A stretch of 63,142 bases of DNA, filler included. It is 5 parts of 5 records of this genome, joined end to end, with 100 filler letters (N's around TTAATTAATTAA, not from the genome) between each part and the next. Parts side by side here need not be neighbours in the genome. Positions count along the whole stretch, not along the records: positions 1 to 10,590 come from DRR723986_7257; 4 more parts are not named here. The stretch is one strand, 5' to 3'. The notes beneath the pieces were generated by a model. The model was not told where the DNA came from. It searched no databases and worked only from the letters and a program-made list of their open reading frames with translations. Shown here piece after piece: positions 1 to 9,353 of the stretch. How positions within the stretch are numbered: position 1 is the first letter of the stretch; the number at the start of each line of letters is the position of its first letter. A program made the position numbers and the translations under genes.

Positions 1-21
1 CAGTGTAGAATTAAGTCTGTT

Positions 22-34
22 AGCCCTAAGGGCT
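22..34. repeat. Short palindrome AGCCCT-A-AGGGCT, the same core as the hairpin at the other end of contig 1
   Basis: Identical 13-nt core also at 10571-10583. Confidence 0.5.
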
Positions 35-307
35 GTGAGCCACAAATCCACGGGTCTCCGAGTCTCCAGACTGCCAAAAACTCTAGAATCCTAAGCCAAA
101 AACTAGCAAGAAGATCACCCAAGCCTGAGACCAAAACGCGCCGGAGCGCCAGCGAAAAGCGATGCAGGGCTCAAAGCGCAGACTGACGCATGCACAATTA
201 CCGCGCCAGATCCATGCGCAAAACCATCAACAAGCCAAGCTCCGCCCCAGCTATTAACCCAGAGGCGTAACAGGTACAGTCAGGCTACAGGCTGCGCTGC
301 CGAAAAT

Positions 308-565
308 TCAGGAGACCTTTTTGATGGCTTCCACGATCTCACGGGCCGAAGCACGGTAGCGGAAAGCCTCGCCGCCGTCCAGAAGTAAAACCGGGATTTT
401 TTCGCGATAACTCGCGTATCTGCTGGTGTCGTTCTCCGTGACAGTTTGTGTGCGGATGACGAGGGGAGTCTGGCGGGCGGCTTTCATTAGCTCGTTCCAC
501 ATTTCATCGCACAGATGGCAATTGGGTTTGGAGATAAAGACCACATGATGGGGCTTACGTTGCAT
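308..565 (-). CDS. Glutaredoxin-like / thioredoxin-fold protein (DUF836-like)
   Basis: 85 aa; KPNCHLCD CxxC motif and IPVL cis-Pro segment; downstream of xseB on the same strand. Confidence 0.75.
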   Translation of the reverse strand: MQRKPHHVVFISKPNCHLCDEMWNELMKAARQTPLVIRTQTVTENDTSRYASYREKIPVLLLDGGEAFRYRASAREIVEAIKKVS

Positions 566-623
566 GTATTGTACTCATGAGCTGCGTGATCAAATGTGAA
601 GAAGCGGAGAGATTGGGAGAAAA

Positions 624-863
624 TCACTCATAGACATCTTCACCGTCGGCAGCGGATTCATCCATAGATTCGCGAATGGTTGTGATGCGCTGCTCGGCTG
701 TTTCCAGCGCGGCGCGCGCATCCTTAACCAGGTGCATGCCTTCGTCGTAAAGATTGATCATAGTTTCGAGTGCTTCCTCACCCGTGTCCAGAGTATCAAG
801 TATTTCTTCAAGGCGCAAGAGTTGATCTTCCAGAGTCTGTTTTTTTTTGCGTGCCTTAGCCAT
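624..863 (-). CDS. xseB: Exodeoxyribonuclease VII small subunit
   Basis: LEDQLLRLEEIL...LETMINLYDEGMHL...LETAEQRI pattern; ATG at 863 overlaps the xseA stop. Confidence 0.9.
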   Translation of the reverse strand: MAKARKKKQTLEDQLLRLEEILDTLDTGEEALETMINLYDEGMHLVKDARAALETAEQRITTIRESMDESAADGEDVYE

Positions 864-2088
864 TGTTGTTCTCCTTAGAAATGCGCAATAATTCTTTAAA
901 ATCCGCGAGCGCTTGTGTCTGGGTGATCGTGCCCTTGAGACGCTGTTTGCTGCGCCATATTTCGACTTCACCCGGCTCAATCTGCGTGCCGGGCTCTACA
1001 ATGCGATTTTTTTGACTCAAAATTGCATATCCGCGGTCCAGTGGAGCCATTGGATTGCGCGCCTCACAATGGCGTGCAATCGCCGTCAAACGTTCGCCAT
1101 GGCGCCGCAGAAACCTGTCGATATAGTCGGCCATGCGCAATTGATGTTCGTCCAGCTGCTGCGTGGCCGTGCGCACCACATCGATTGGGCGCCGCCAGGC
1201 CGAAGAACGCAAAATTTGCTGCAATTGGCGGCGGCGCAGCTCCAGCACCTGATCCGCCAGGCGCTCCAGCTGTTCGCCGGCACCGTTGACGGCATTCAGA
1301 ATTTCATATTTGTCACGCACCGCCAGCTCCGCAGCCGCCGTAGGTGTGGCGGCGCGGGCATCCGCCACATAATCGGCTATGGTCACGTCCACTTCGTGGC
1401 CGATAGCCGCAATCACCGGTGTGCGGCAGGCAAAAATTGCGCGTGCCACTTCTTCGGTATTAAAGGCCCACAGGTCTTCGATTGAGCCACCGCCGCGGCC
1501 GATGATTATCACATCCAGGCCGGCTTCATCCATGCGTTTGAGCGCGCGCACCAGGTCCGGCGCCGCCTCCGCGCCCTGCACGGCCGCCGGCCGCACTACC
1601 ATTTCCGCCAGCGGCATGCGCCGCTCCAGCGTCGTCGAAATATCGCGGATGGCTGCACCCGTGGCCGAAGTGATAACGCCGACGCGCTGCGGAAAACGCG
1701 GCAAGGCCTTTTTGTGGGCGGCGTCAAATAAGCCTTCTTCGTAGAGTTTGCGCTTGAGTGCCTCAAAGGCAATCTGCAGGTCGCCCAGGCCCATCGGACG
1801 CATGCTCACGCAGTCCAGCTGATAGTTGCCGCGCGGCGCATAGACCGAAACATTGCCGGTCACCAGCACCTGCATGCCGTTGGCCGGTGCAAAACGTAGC
1901 GTGCGGCTGCGCCACATGGTGCACGAAATTTGCGCGCCCGCGTCCTTGAGCGTAAAGTAGCGATGCCCCGAACTATGCTGCTTGAAGTTCGAGAGTTCTC
2001 CGCTGACAGTCAGCCGACTAAAATTGGCCTCCAGCGTTTGCTGGATGGAACGCGTGAGTGTGCTCACACTTAGAATGGTAGGGTCCAT
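856..2088 (-). CDS. xseA: Exodeoxyribonuclease VII large subunit
   Basis: GELSNFKQHSSGHRYFTLKD, GRGGGSIEDLWAFN, AIGHEVD and AATPTAAAE motifs; probable start MDPTILSVS at 2088. Confidence 0.96.
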   Translation of the reverse strand: MDPTILSVSTLTRSIQQTLEANFSRLTVSGELSNFKQHSSGHRYFTLKDAGAQISCTMWRSRTLRFAPANGMQVLVTGNVSVYAPRGNYQLDCVSMRPMGLGDLQIAFEALKRKLYEEGLFDAAHKKALPRFPQRVGVITSATGAAIRDISTTLERRMPLAEMVVRPAAVQGAEAAPDLVRALKRMDEAGLDVIIIGRGGGSIEDLWAFNTEEVARAIFACRTPVIAAIGHEVDVTIADYVADARAATPTAAAELAVRDKYEILNAVNGAGEQLERLADQVLELRRRQLQQILRSSAWRRPIDVVRTATQQLDEHQLRMADYIDRFLRRHGERLTAIARHCEARNPMAPLDRGYAILSQKNRIVEPGTQIEPGEVEIWRSKQRLKGTITQTQALADFKELLRISKENNNG

Positions 2089-2209
2089 CGTTGTCCGGAA
2101 GAATGCTTGTACGGCTGAATCTAGACTTTTGAGCGCCGCGTACGGTCTGAAATTCACTAAATTAGCCAATTCCGTTCGATAATCAGGGAACATAATCAGG
2201 ATTGACACG

Positions 2210-2686
2210 ATGGTAGGTTTTGGCTACGACGTACACCGCCTGGAGCCAGGTGAATCTCTCATTCTGGGTGGGGTGCAAATTCCCTCCGATTTTGGCACCG
2301 TGGCACATAGCGATGGTGACGTGCTGCTGCACGCTATTTGTGATGCGCTGCTCGGGGCCGCCGCTTTGGGCGACATCGGTGAACATTTTCCGGATACCGA
2401 CGCGGAATGGAAGGACGTATCCAGCATTAAACTGCTGCGCGCGGTGCGCGCCATGCTCGACGAACGGAACTTAGGCATTGTAAATATCGACGCAACACTC
2501 GTGCTGGAACGCCCCAAAATTCTGCCCTACAAAGAGCAAATGCGCGCCGCAATTGCCGATGCCGCCGGCCTGCCCACCAGCCGCGTCTGCGTCAAAGCTA
2601 CAACCAGCGAAACGCTCGGATTTGTTGGCAGCGGCGCCGGTGTTACAGCCTTCGCAATTTGCATGTTAACGCCGCCGTCTGCGTGA
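2210..2686 (+). CDS. ispF: 2-C-methyl-D-erythritol 2,4-cyclodiphosphate synthase
   Basis: GFGYDVH, HSDGDVLLHAICDALLGA, DIGEHFPD and KATTSE motifs. Confidence 0.97.
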   Translation: MVGFGYDVHRLEPGESLILGGVQIPSDFGTVAHSDGDVLLHAICDALLGAAALGDIGEHFPDTDAEWKDVSSIKLLRAVRAMLDERNLGIVNIDATLVLERPKILPYKEQMRAAIADAAGLPTSRVCVKATTSETLGFVGSGAGVTAFAICMLTPPSA

Positions 2687-2745
2687 GCCACATGACTCCG
2701 GGCCTCATTTCACATTCTCCGCTTCATGAATTCGCGTCAACGCAC

Positions 2746-5142
2746 ATGCGCACACTTTGGTCTGATTCCTGCGATTTGTCCAGGCTTGGCCGCCTGACTT
2801 TTCTGCTGCTGTTTCTGTTTCCGGCGCTTGCGCCGGCACTGGAGACTTCCGAGGCGGGCACCTATCCTTTTGCGCTCGAAAAACCGCACGAAGCGCTCGG
2901 CGGGCAGTTCCTGCCGGTGCGTTTGTTGCCGGGGGATACGCTGGCCTTCCTGATTAAACGCCGCTCGGCCCTGGCGACCGATGCCGACGTTGTGCAGGTG
3001 TGGCGTGGCATTGATTCGCGTGCCGACAGCGCCGGCAGTCTGGGTGGCGCACATATTGTCGCCGCCGGTGTACTCAATTCTGAGCGACTTCTGGTTCTGG
3101 CTGTGCGGGCGGACACGCTCTACGCGGCCACGCTGGGCGAAGATGTGCAACTGCAAAACCCGGTCTTAATTCCGATCAGCGGTTTTGCTCCCGGAATTCC
3201 ATGCCGGGTGGAACTGAATGTGCGCGCAAACCTGGCGCTGCTGCAAGTGGGAAACGAAGCTTACACTGCGCGCATCAATAATAATCGCGTTACTGACGTG
3301 CAGCCGCTGGGCATGGGGCCGGTTTTTGCAATGGCGGCTCTGCCGCTGGGCGCGCCCGACTGTGCAAACGGTTTTGCCGTGATTCGCCAGGCCGACATCC
3401 AGCGCGAAGTTTTACTGCTCGACAGTCTTGTGCAGCCGGTCCGATCGATCGAGACCGGGCTGACCGAGCCCGCCAAACTGGCACTGATCGGCGCACAGGT
3501 GATCGTTGCCATCGACCCACTCGGCGACTATACGAACGTCGCATTTTTGCACTACGATGAATTGTATGCAGAGCAGCTCACGACGGTGACTGCCAAGTGG
3601 TACAACATTGGATTTGGCCCGCCCGACGTGTTTTTCTACCACATCAACTTTGTTCAGTTTGGCGACAGGTACGGCTGGGTGCGCCTTTCACTGCCGACGC
3701 GTGGTGGCAGCGCCGAGCCCGAAACCCTGCGCGAATTCCCGCCGGGTTTTGTGACGCCGATTGGCGTAAACATCGAGACCGACGTCACTTATGTGGCCTT
3801 CCGCAATGGATTTGTCTCGCTGGGCAGGGAAGGTGAAATCCTCTCTGCCAACAGATTTCCGGTAGATTTCAGCAGCGATGCGCAAGTGCAGATGACCGTC
3901 CTGGGAGAGCTGATGATTGCCACGCAACAAGGTGGCGCATACATCTTCAGGCGCGTTGAAAATTCACTGTGGTGGTTTAACCAGTTTGTGCGCGACGCCT
4001 GGGTCTACTTCCTGATACTGCTGGCATTGACGCTTATCACGCTGACCACACGTGACGCCTACAAACGCCGCCAGCTGCTCTCGACCATGTTTGAAATGGA
4101 CTTTGCCGACGCATTTATGGTGCTCGACCGCCAGAGCCGTCTGCGCAGTCTGAACGACACTGCGCGTGGACTGCTGCGCCTTCCCGTGGCTGTGCCGCTG
4201 CGGCGCGTATTCCATTTTTACTGCGCCGAACTCAAAGCCGAAGGTCTGGTGGAACTGGCCGAAGAAGCCCTGCGCTATCGTGCACCGCTCACCAAACGCA
4301 TTAATTTTGAGGACAGTGGAACCGACTATCTGTTTTCGGCCTTTCCAATCCGCGGCCTCTTCGGTAACGTCAGTGGATTACTGCTGACCGGGCGTGATAT
4401 CACCGAAGAGCTGGAGAAAAAACGTCTGAATAACTGGGCGCAGTTGGCGCACGATATGAAGACCAACCTCTCAATCATTAAACTCAATGCCGAAAATCTG
4501 AGCGAGCTGCCCGAAGAATCGGCGCACGGCCTCGGCACCAGAATCCTCTTCCAGGTTAACCTGCTCATTAATCGCGTGCGCGACCTGGTGACGATTGGTG
4601 CCTCCGATAAACTGGAGGTTGGCCTGGCCGATACGCGTCAGATCTGCGAAGACGTCCGCCGCGAATTTGAGGGTGACCTCTTTCCACACGTGCAACTGCA
4701 GGTCGATTCGCGCCAGATAATGCTGCCCTGCGACCGCCGCAAGCTGGAACGGGCGTTGCGCAATGCTGTCGAAAATGGCATCCGCGCGCTGCACGGCACG
4801 GCCGGCACAGTCGAAATTCGCTGCTGGTTTGATCCGCGCCACGTCTATTTTGAGGTGCGCGACTCCGGCGTCGGCATGGACAATGAAACACTCGAAAACA
4901 TGTCGCGTCCGTTCTTTACGCGTTATCAGCGCCAGGGCGGAACCGGTATGGGCACGATGATCATGCAGCACGTCATGCAGCTGCACGGCGGAACTATGGA
5001 AGTTGAATCGCGCAAGGGCGCCGGTACGGCCGTGCGCTTTCGCCTGCCGAACCTCGATACCAAAGTTGTTGCCGGGCGGCGCTCAGGTCGCCAGACGGAT
5101 TCCGATGTAGCGCCGGAGCAGGACGGGTTGGACGCCAGTTAA
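2746..5142 (+). CDS. Membrane sensor histidine kinase (large extracytoplasmic domain, TM, PAS-like, HisKA, HATPase)
   Basis: Signal-like N-terminus; TM WVYFLILLALTLITL; H-box QLAHDMKTNL; NAVENG, DSGVGM, PFFT and GTGMG boxes; start could be 2692 or 2746. Confidence 0.88.
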   Translation: MRTLWSDSCDLSRLGRLTFLLLFLFPALAPALETSEAGTYPFALEKPHEALGGQFLPVRLLPGDTLAFLIKRRSALATDADVVQVWRGIDSRADSAGSLGGAHIVAAGVLNSERLLVLAVRADTLYAATLGEDVQLQNPVLIPISGFAPGIPCRVELNVRANLALLQVGNEAYTARINNNRVTDVQPLGMGPVFAMAALPLGAPDCANGFAVIRQADIQREVLLLDSLVQPVRSIETGLTEPAKLALIGAQVIVAIDPLGDYTNVAFLHYDELYAEQLTTVTAKWYNIGFGPPDVFFYHINFVQFGDRYGWVRLSLPTRGGSAEPETLREFPPGFVTPIGVNIETDVTYVAFRNGFVSLGREGEILSANRFPVDFSSDAQVQMTVLGELMIATQQGGAYIFRRVENSLWWFNQFVRDAWVYFLILLALTLITLTTRDAYKRRQLLSTMFEMDFADAFMVLDRQSRLRSLNDTARGLLRLPVAVPLRRVFHFYCAELKAEGLVELAEEALRYRAPLTKRINFEDSGTDYLFSAFPIRGLFGNVSGLLLTGRDITEELEKKRLNNWAQLAHDMKTNLSIIKLNAENLSELPEESAHGLGTRILFQVNLLINRVRDLVTIGASDKLEVGLADTRQICEDVRREFEGDLFPHVQLQVDSRQIMLPCDRRKLERALRNAVENGIRALHGTAGTVEIRCWFDPRHVYFEVRDSGVGMDNETLENMSRPFFTRYQRQGGTGMGTMIMQHVMQLHGGTMEVESRKGAGTAVRFRLPNLDTKVVAGRRSGRQTDSDVAPEQDGLDAS

Positions 5143-5221
5143 CGTACAGCCGCACAAGCCGCAATTTTTTTAGTCGGAATTTATTGTCAGAACAATAGTC
5201 AGAAGTGTTGGACAGCCACTG

Positions 5222-5686
5222 GTGGACAAAGTTATGGACAAGCAGGAACCAGACCTCAGTCTGCTCAAGGGCTGCCGCGTAGGTGCGCTCGACTACGGTG
5301 ACGCCCGCATCGGTTTTGCCGTTTGTGACCAGCTGCACATCACCAGCAATCCGCGTGGAGTTTTTGAAAATGACGCGCAGGTGCTCGACGCCATTCGCGC
5401 CGCCGCCGAACACGAGGACCTGGCCGCAATGGTTGTGGGCCGACCCTTCCGCGTGGATGGCCACATAGCCGATATCGAAAAACGCATCGAAGAATTTGTT
5501 AAACGTTTGCGCGAAGTTCTGGCGATCCCCGTCATAGTTTTTGACGAATCCTTCAGCACCAGCCGTGCCTACGCCGTAATGCGCGAAAGCGGGGTGCGCC
5601 GTAGCAAGCGCCGTCAAAAGGGCCGCAAGGACGAAGTTGCCGCAGCCATCATTCTGCGCGATTTTCTGGACGAGGAAGTCCGCTAA
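5222..5686 (+). CDS. ruvX: Putative pre-16S rRNA nuclease / Holliday junction resolvase YqgF
   Basis: ALDYGDARIGFAVCD, VVGRP, DESFST and DEVAAAIIL motifs; start may be the ATG at 5234. Confidence 0.93.
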   Translation: MDKVMDKQEPDLSLLKGCRVGALDYGDARIGFAVCDQLHITSNPRGVFENDAQVLDAIRAAAEHEDLAAMVVGRPFRVDGHIADIEKRIEEFVKRLREVLAIPVIVFDESFSTSRAYAVMRESGVRRSKRRQKGRKDEVAAAIILRDFLDEEVR

Positions 5687-5760
5687 AATTGGCCAGGCTA
5701 CAGGATTTGGGCGTGAAACTTGTAACTGCTTGCAGGGTGCATGTTTTGATCTTCTGTACG

Positions 5761-5820
5761 GGCCGTTTTGCTGGCCGTTTTGCTGGCCGTTATGCTGGCC
5801 GTTTTGCCGGTCGTCATTGG
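5761..5820. repeat. Intergenic 12-bp tandem repeat (GGCCGTTTTGCT), 4 copies plus 1 degenerate
   Basis: Units start at 5761, 5773, 5785, 5797 and 5809. Confidence 0.85.
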
Positions 5821-5975
5821 CGTGTTGTCTGCATTGCAGCGCCGCCCTGCGGGAATATCGGCTCGCTTTTTTGAGGTGTTTTTGTTAGTTGATGGGTGCG
5901 GAATTGTGCGCCGCTGAGCCCTGCAGACTTTTTTACGTTCGGCTGAAAGCATCATAGAACCGGGAGAACCACATA

Positions 5976-7415
5976 ATGCGAATCCGAGGATTATTACTAC
6001 TGCTGTTCACGCTGTGCATCTCCGTTGCCACAGCGTCGGCCCAGAAAAAAGTCGATCGCAGCTTCTACTACGATTTTGGCGAAAAAGTCTATTACGATAT
6101 TCTCAACGTTTCACATCCCGCGCCGGATTCCACGCGATTTCTGGTATTGTTTCGCCTGCGGCACGACCTGCTGACCTTCACAACCACGCCGGGCGCGCAG
6201 GCGGACAAGGGTGAGTACCTGGCAACGCCGGTCACCTACGTAGAATTATTTGATTCGCAGGGTGTGATTCGCCACAGTACTGACTGGCGCGATACACTCT
6301 ACGCCGCCGACTACGAATCAACCGTCTCTAAGAAAAACTACAAGTTTGGCGTGGTGGACTGCACCGTTCCAATTGGGACTTACACCCTTGCCGTAGAGGT
6401 GGGTGATGAGCGCACGCCGCGCCAGTTTCGCTATAAAATCGAAGATGTTGAGGGCGCCCATTTTGGCAGCGGCGAACACATCGGCAAACCGCTGTTCGCA
6501 TTTGGCGGCCAGGAAGCATCCTCAAACGTGCAGCCCTACGTGCTGAGCACGCAGGTCTTGTTTAATCAGGATCTGCGCGTGGTGGTTCCGCTGGCGGGTT
6601 ACAAACAAAACACGCAGTTTAACTACAGCGTACAACGTGTAATCAAAGGTGACCCCGAAGATACGCCGCAGTGGTTCCCCGGCATCGTAGACCTGACCGG
6701 CGCGGTGAATGCCAAAAAAATGCAGGGCCTGCAGATTTCCTCGCGCACCTCACTCGACGGTGTGGTTCTGCGTTACGACAGTCCCAACGATGGTCTCTCA
6801 TTGCCTTCCGGCCCGGATGTTTCCGGCAGCCGGGCAAACAGTCCATCAGAAGTGGCCGCCGGCCATCTCACAGTGCTGGACTTTGAAGTGCCCGGCGCTA
6901 CACTTGAGCCCGGCGTCTATGAGTTGGGAGTTTATCCAACCGGCGGACGCGACACCGTAAAAACGACATTCAAAGTCATCTGGCTCAATCAGCCGCTGTC
7001 TTTGCGCAACCTGCAGTATGCCACCGAGTTATCATACTACCTGGCGACGGATGAAGAGTACGACGACCTGCGCAGCGGCTCAAAAACTGAGCGCCTCACG
7101 AAGTTTCTCGACTTCTGGCGCCGGCGCGACCCCACGCAGGGAACGGCCTACAACGAAGCCATGGCCGAATACTTTGCGCGTGTGGATTACGCCCATTTTA
7201 ATTATCGCACGATTAAGCAGCGGGACGGCGCGCGTTCCGACCGCGGGAAAATCTTTATTTTGCACGGCGAGCCAACGAAAACAGATCGCAAGCTGGATCC
7301 CGACGCCGCTCCACGCGAAGTCTGGACCTACGATAACAACGTCGGCAAAGAATTTGTCTTTGAATCAGAATCCTCTGGCATCTTCAGTTTAATTGAAGTC
7401 AAAGCCCTGGAATGA
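5976..7415 (+). CDS. Secreted GWxTD-domain protein
   Basis: Signal peptide; C-terminal FWRRRDPT..T.YNE...EYFARVDYA...GARSDRGKIFILHGEP...EVWTY signature. Confidence 0.85.
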   Translation: MRIRGLLLLLFTLCISVATASAQKKVDRSFYYDFGEKVYYDILNVSHPAPDSTRFLVLFRLRHDLLTFTTTPGAQADKGEYLATPVTYVELFDSQGVIRHSTDWRDTLYAADYESTVSKKNYKFGVVDCTVPIGTYTLAVEVGDERTPRQFRYKIEDVEGAHFGSGEHIGKPLFAFGGQEASSNVQPYVLSTQVLFNQDLRVVVPLAGYKQNTQFNYSVQRVIKGDPEDTPQWFPGIVDLTGAVNAKKMQGLQISSRTSLDGVVLRYDSPNDGLSLPSGPDVSGSRANSPSEVAAGHLTVLDFEVPGATLEPGVYELGVYPTGGRDTVKTTFKVIWLNQPLSLRNLQYATELSYYLATDEEYDDLRSGSKTERLTKFLDFWRRRDPTQGTAYNEAMAEYFARVDYAHFNYRTIKQRDGARSDRGKIFILHGEPTKTDRKLDPDAAPREVWTYDNNVGKEFVFESESSGIFSLIEVKALE

Positions 7416-7467
7416 TGTCAGGGACCGTCGGCCTTCATTCGCAGAACACAGGAACAACAGGGCAGGA

Positions 7468-8496
7468 ATGAACAGCCGTATAGACGAACCTTCATCTTCA
7501 GCGACTCCAGATTTTCATGTTTTAACGCCGGACCACGTCATCGGTACGGTGGAAGCGGGCCTGGGCCTGCGACTGAGCAGTTATTGCCTCTCACTCAGCT
7601 CCTACATCAATCGCGTGTATGAATTGCGCGCCGATGACGGCGCTGCTTATGTAGCCAAATTTTACCGTCCGGGCCGCTGGACGCAGGCCGCACTCGAAGA
7701 CGAGCACAGCTTTGTTGCTGACCTGCATGCCGCCGAACTGCCGGTGGTTGCGCCGCTGGAGCTAAAATCCGGTGGTACCCACTGTCCAACACTGGGCCGC
7801 GTTGAAGACATGTATTACGCCGTTTATCCCAAACGCGCCGGCCGCGCGCTGGACGAACCCTCCTTTGAGCAGTGGACCATTCTGGGGCGTCTGCTGGGCC
7901 GCGTACATCAGATAGGTGCTGAAAAGACCGCCGCTGCGCGTTTAACACTGGCACCGCAGGCTTCCTGCCGCGAACATATCGACTACATTCTGGCCGCCGA
8001 CGTTGTGCCTGCGGAGCTGCGCACTAACTATGCCGACACCTGCGCGGCACTCCTGGAATTAATTGACCCGCTGTTTAACTCCGTCAAACCGATTCGCATT
8101 CACGGCGACTGCCACCAGGGCAACATCGTTGACCGCCTGGACGGCCGTTTGCATCTGATTGATTTTGATGACATGGCGATGGGGCCGGAAGTTCAGGACA
8201 TGTGGATGTTGCTGCCGGACCACGCGCGCCAGTGTTTTGCAGAAATCAGTGCTTTTGTAGAAGGGTATGAAGTTTTCCGGCCGTTTCCGCGTGCGCAGCT
8301 GCCTGCTGTTGAAGCGCTGCGTGCCATGCGTTTTATCTATTTCTGTGCCTGGTGTGCCATGCAACTGGCCGATGGTGGCTTTAAACGGCTGGCGCCGGAA
8401 TGGGGTACAAAAGCCTTCTGGGAACGCGAAATTAACGACCTGCACAACCAAATGCAGGAAATCGCCGCAAGTAAGGATATTTTTTGGGGAGTTTGA
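7468..8496 (+). CDS. srkA: Stress response Ser/Thr kinase, YihE/RdoA family
   Basis: SYINRVY, VAKFYRPGRW, EDEHSF, IRIHGDCHQGN, IDFDD and GPEVQDMWML motifs. Confidence 0.92.
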   Translation: MNSRIDEPSSSATPDFHVLTPDHVIGTVEAGLGLRLSSYCLSLSSYINRVYELRADDGAAYVAKFYRPGRWTQAALEDEHSFVADLHAAELPVVAPLELKSGGTHCPTLGRVEDMYYAVYPKRAGRALDEPSFEQWTILGRLLGRVHQIGAEKTAAARLTLAPQASCREHIDYILAADVVPAELRTNYADTCAALLELIDPLFNSVKPIRIHGDCHQGNIVDRLDGRLHLIDFDDMAMGPEVQDMWMLLPDHARQCFAEISAFVEGYEVFRPFPRAQLPAVEALRAMRFIYFCAWCAMQLADGGFKRLAPEWGTKAFWEREINDLHNQMQEIAASKDIFWGV

Positions 8497-8590
8497 GCTA
8501 TTCATGTGTCATGCACAGCAAGCGACTAAAACTATACGATGTTCCATCCCCTAAGAACCCATGCTTGTGAACCGATGAAGAGACTCGACA

Positions 8591-9079
8591 ATGTGTCATT
8601 CCTTACTCCGCGATGAGAATGATCAGCGCGCAATGGTAGCGTACATGAAACTTGTGCGTGCCAGCGAAAGCATAAACGCCCGCATGGCGTCCCTGTTAAC
8701 GCAGCATAAAATCACACTTAGTCAATTTGCATGCCTGGAAGCGCTGCACCTGCACGGTGCGCTTTATCAGCGTGACCTGGCGCGCAAAACCTTTCGTAGT
8801 GGAGGCAACATTACACTGGTACTTGACAATCTGGAGCGACGGAAGCTGGTGATGCGCCAGCGCGATGAACGCGACCGTCGTTTTACGAATGTCATGTTAA
8901 CCGCAACGGGCAAATCACTGCTCGAATCCATGCTGCCGGAATATGTACAGGCCGTCCGGCGCGAAATGGACGTGCTTGATTCCGAACAGCAATCCCTGCT
9001 TACCAACATGTGCCGCATGCTGGGAGTGCAGGAAAATGATCCAGCAAAGAGTGACGTCAAGAAACCCACCGGGAATTGA
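8591..9079 (+). CDS. MarR family transcriptional regulator
   Basis: ITLSQFACLEAL...SGGNITLVLDNLERRKLV.R....DRR...V.LTATG winged helix. Confidence 0.92.
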   Translation: MCHSLLRDENDQRAMVAYMKLVRASESINARMASLLTQHKITLSQFACLEALHLHGALYQRDLARKTFRSGGNITLVLDNLERRKLVMRQRDERDRRFTNVMLTATGKSLLESMLPEYVQAVRREMDVLDSEQQSLLTNMCRMLGVQENDPAKSDVKKPTGN

Positions 9080-9111
9080 GGCCCAGCCCCAATTCTGAAA
9101 ATCCTGATCGA

Positions 9112-9150
9112 CGGCTGTTCCGCATGGCTTAAACTTCTGCGGGACAGCCG
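9112..9150 (+). terminator. Stem-loop downstream of the MarR gene (possible terminator)
   Basis: CGGCTGTTCCGCA / TGCGGGACAGCCG 13-bp stem with one G-U pair; weak U tract. Confidence 0.4.
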
Positions 9151-9353
9151 CGTTTCTGCCGCCCGGCCGCAGGCATGTGCCTGAATCTAAAATTTGCCCT
9201 GCAATGCGAGCTCGTAAAATGTGAACCGCATGCGTACGTCGATCCACCAATTGCACCGAATTGTGTGTTCGCCGCCGGTGAGCGCCTCAATGCATGCAGA
9301 ATGCCGGTAAAATAATTTGTTCAACAACTGGGGGATAACCAACAGCGTTGTAG

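Noticed and set aside
840-848. A9 tract near the xseB start as a phase-variation site
   Set aside because: It encodes an in-frame Lys run in a housekeeping gene and there is no sign of a frameshift
5689-5874. Small ORF with GRFA repeats
   Set aside because: It is a product of the 12-bp tandem repeat, with a TTG start and no convincing RBS
9151-9353. Metal-sensing riboswitch upstream of the CNNM gene
   Set aside because: I could not recognise any conserved riboswitch motif by eye; an Rfam/Infernal scan would be needed to exclude one
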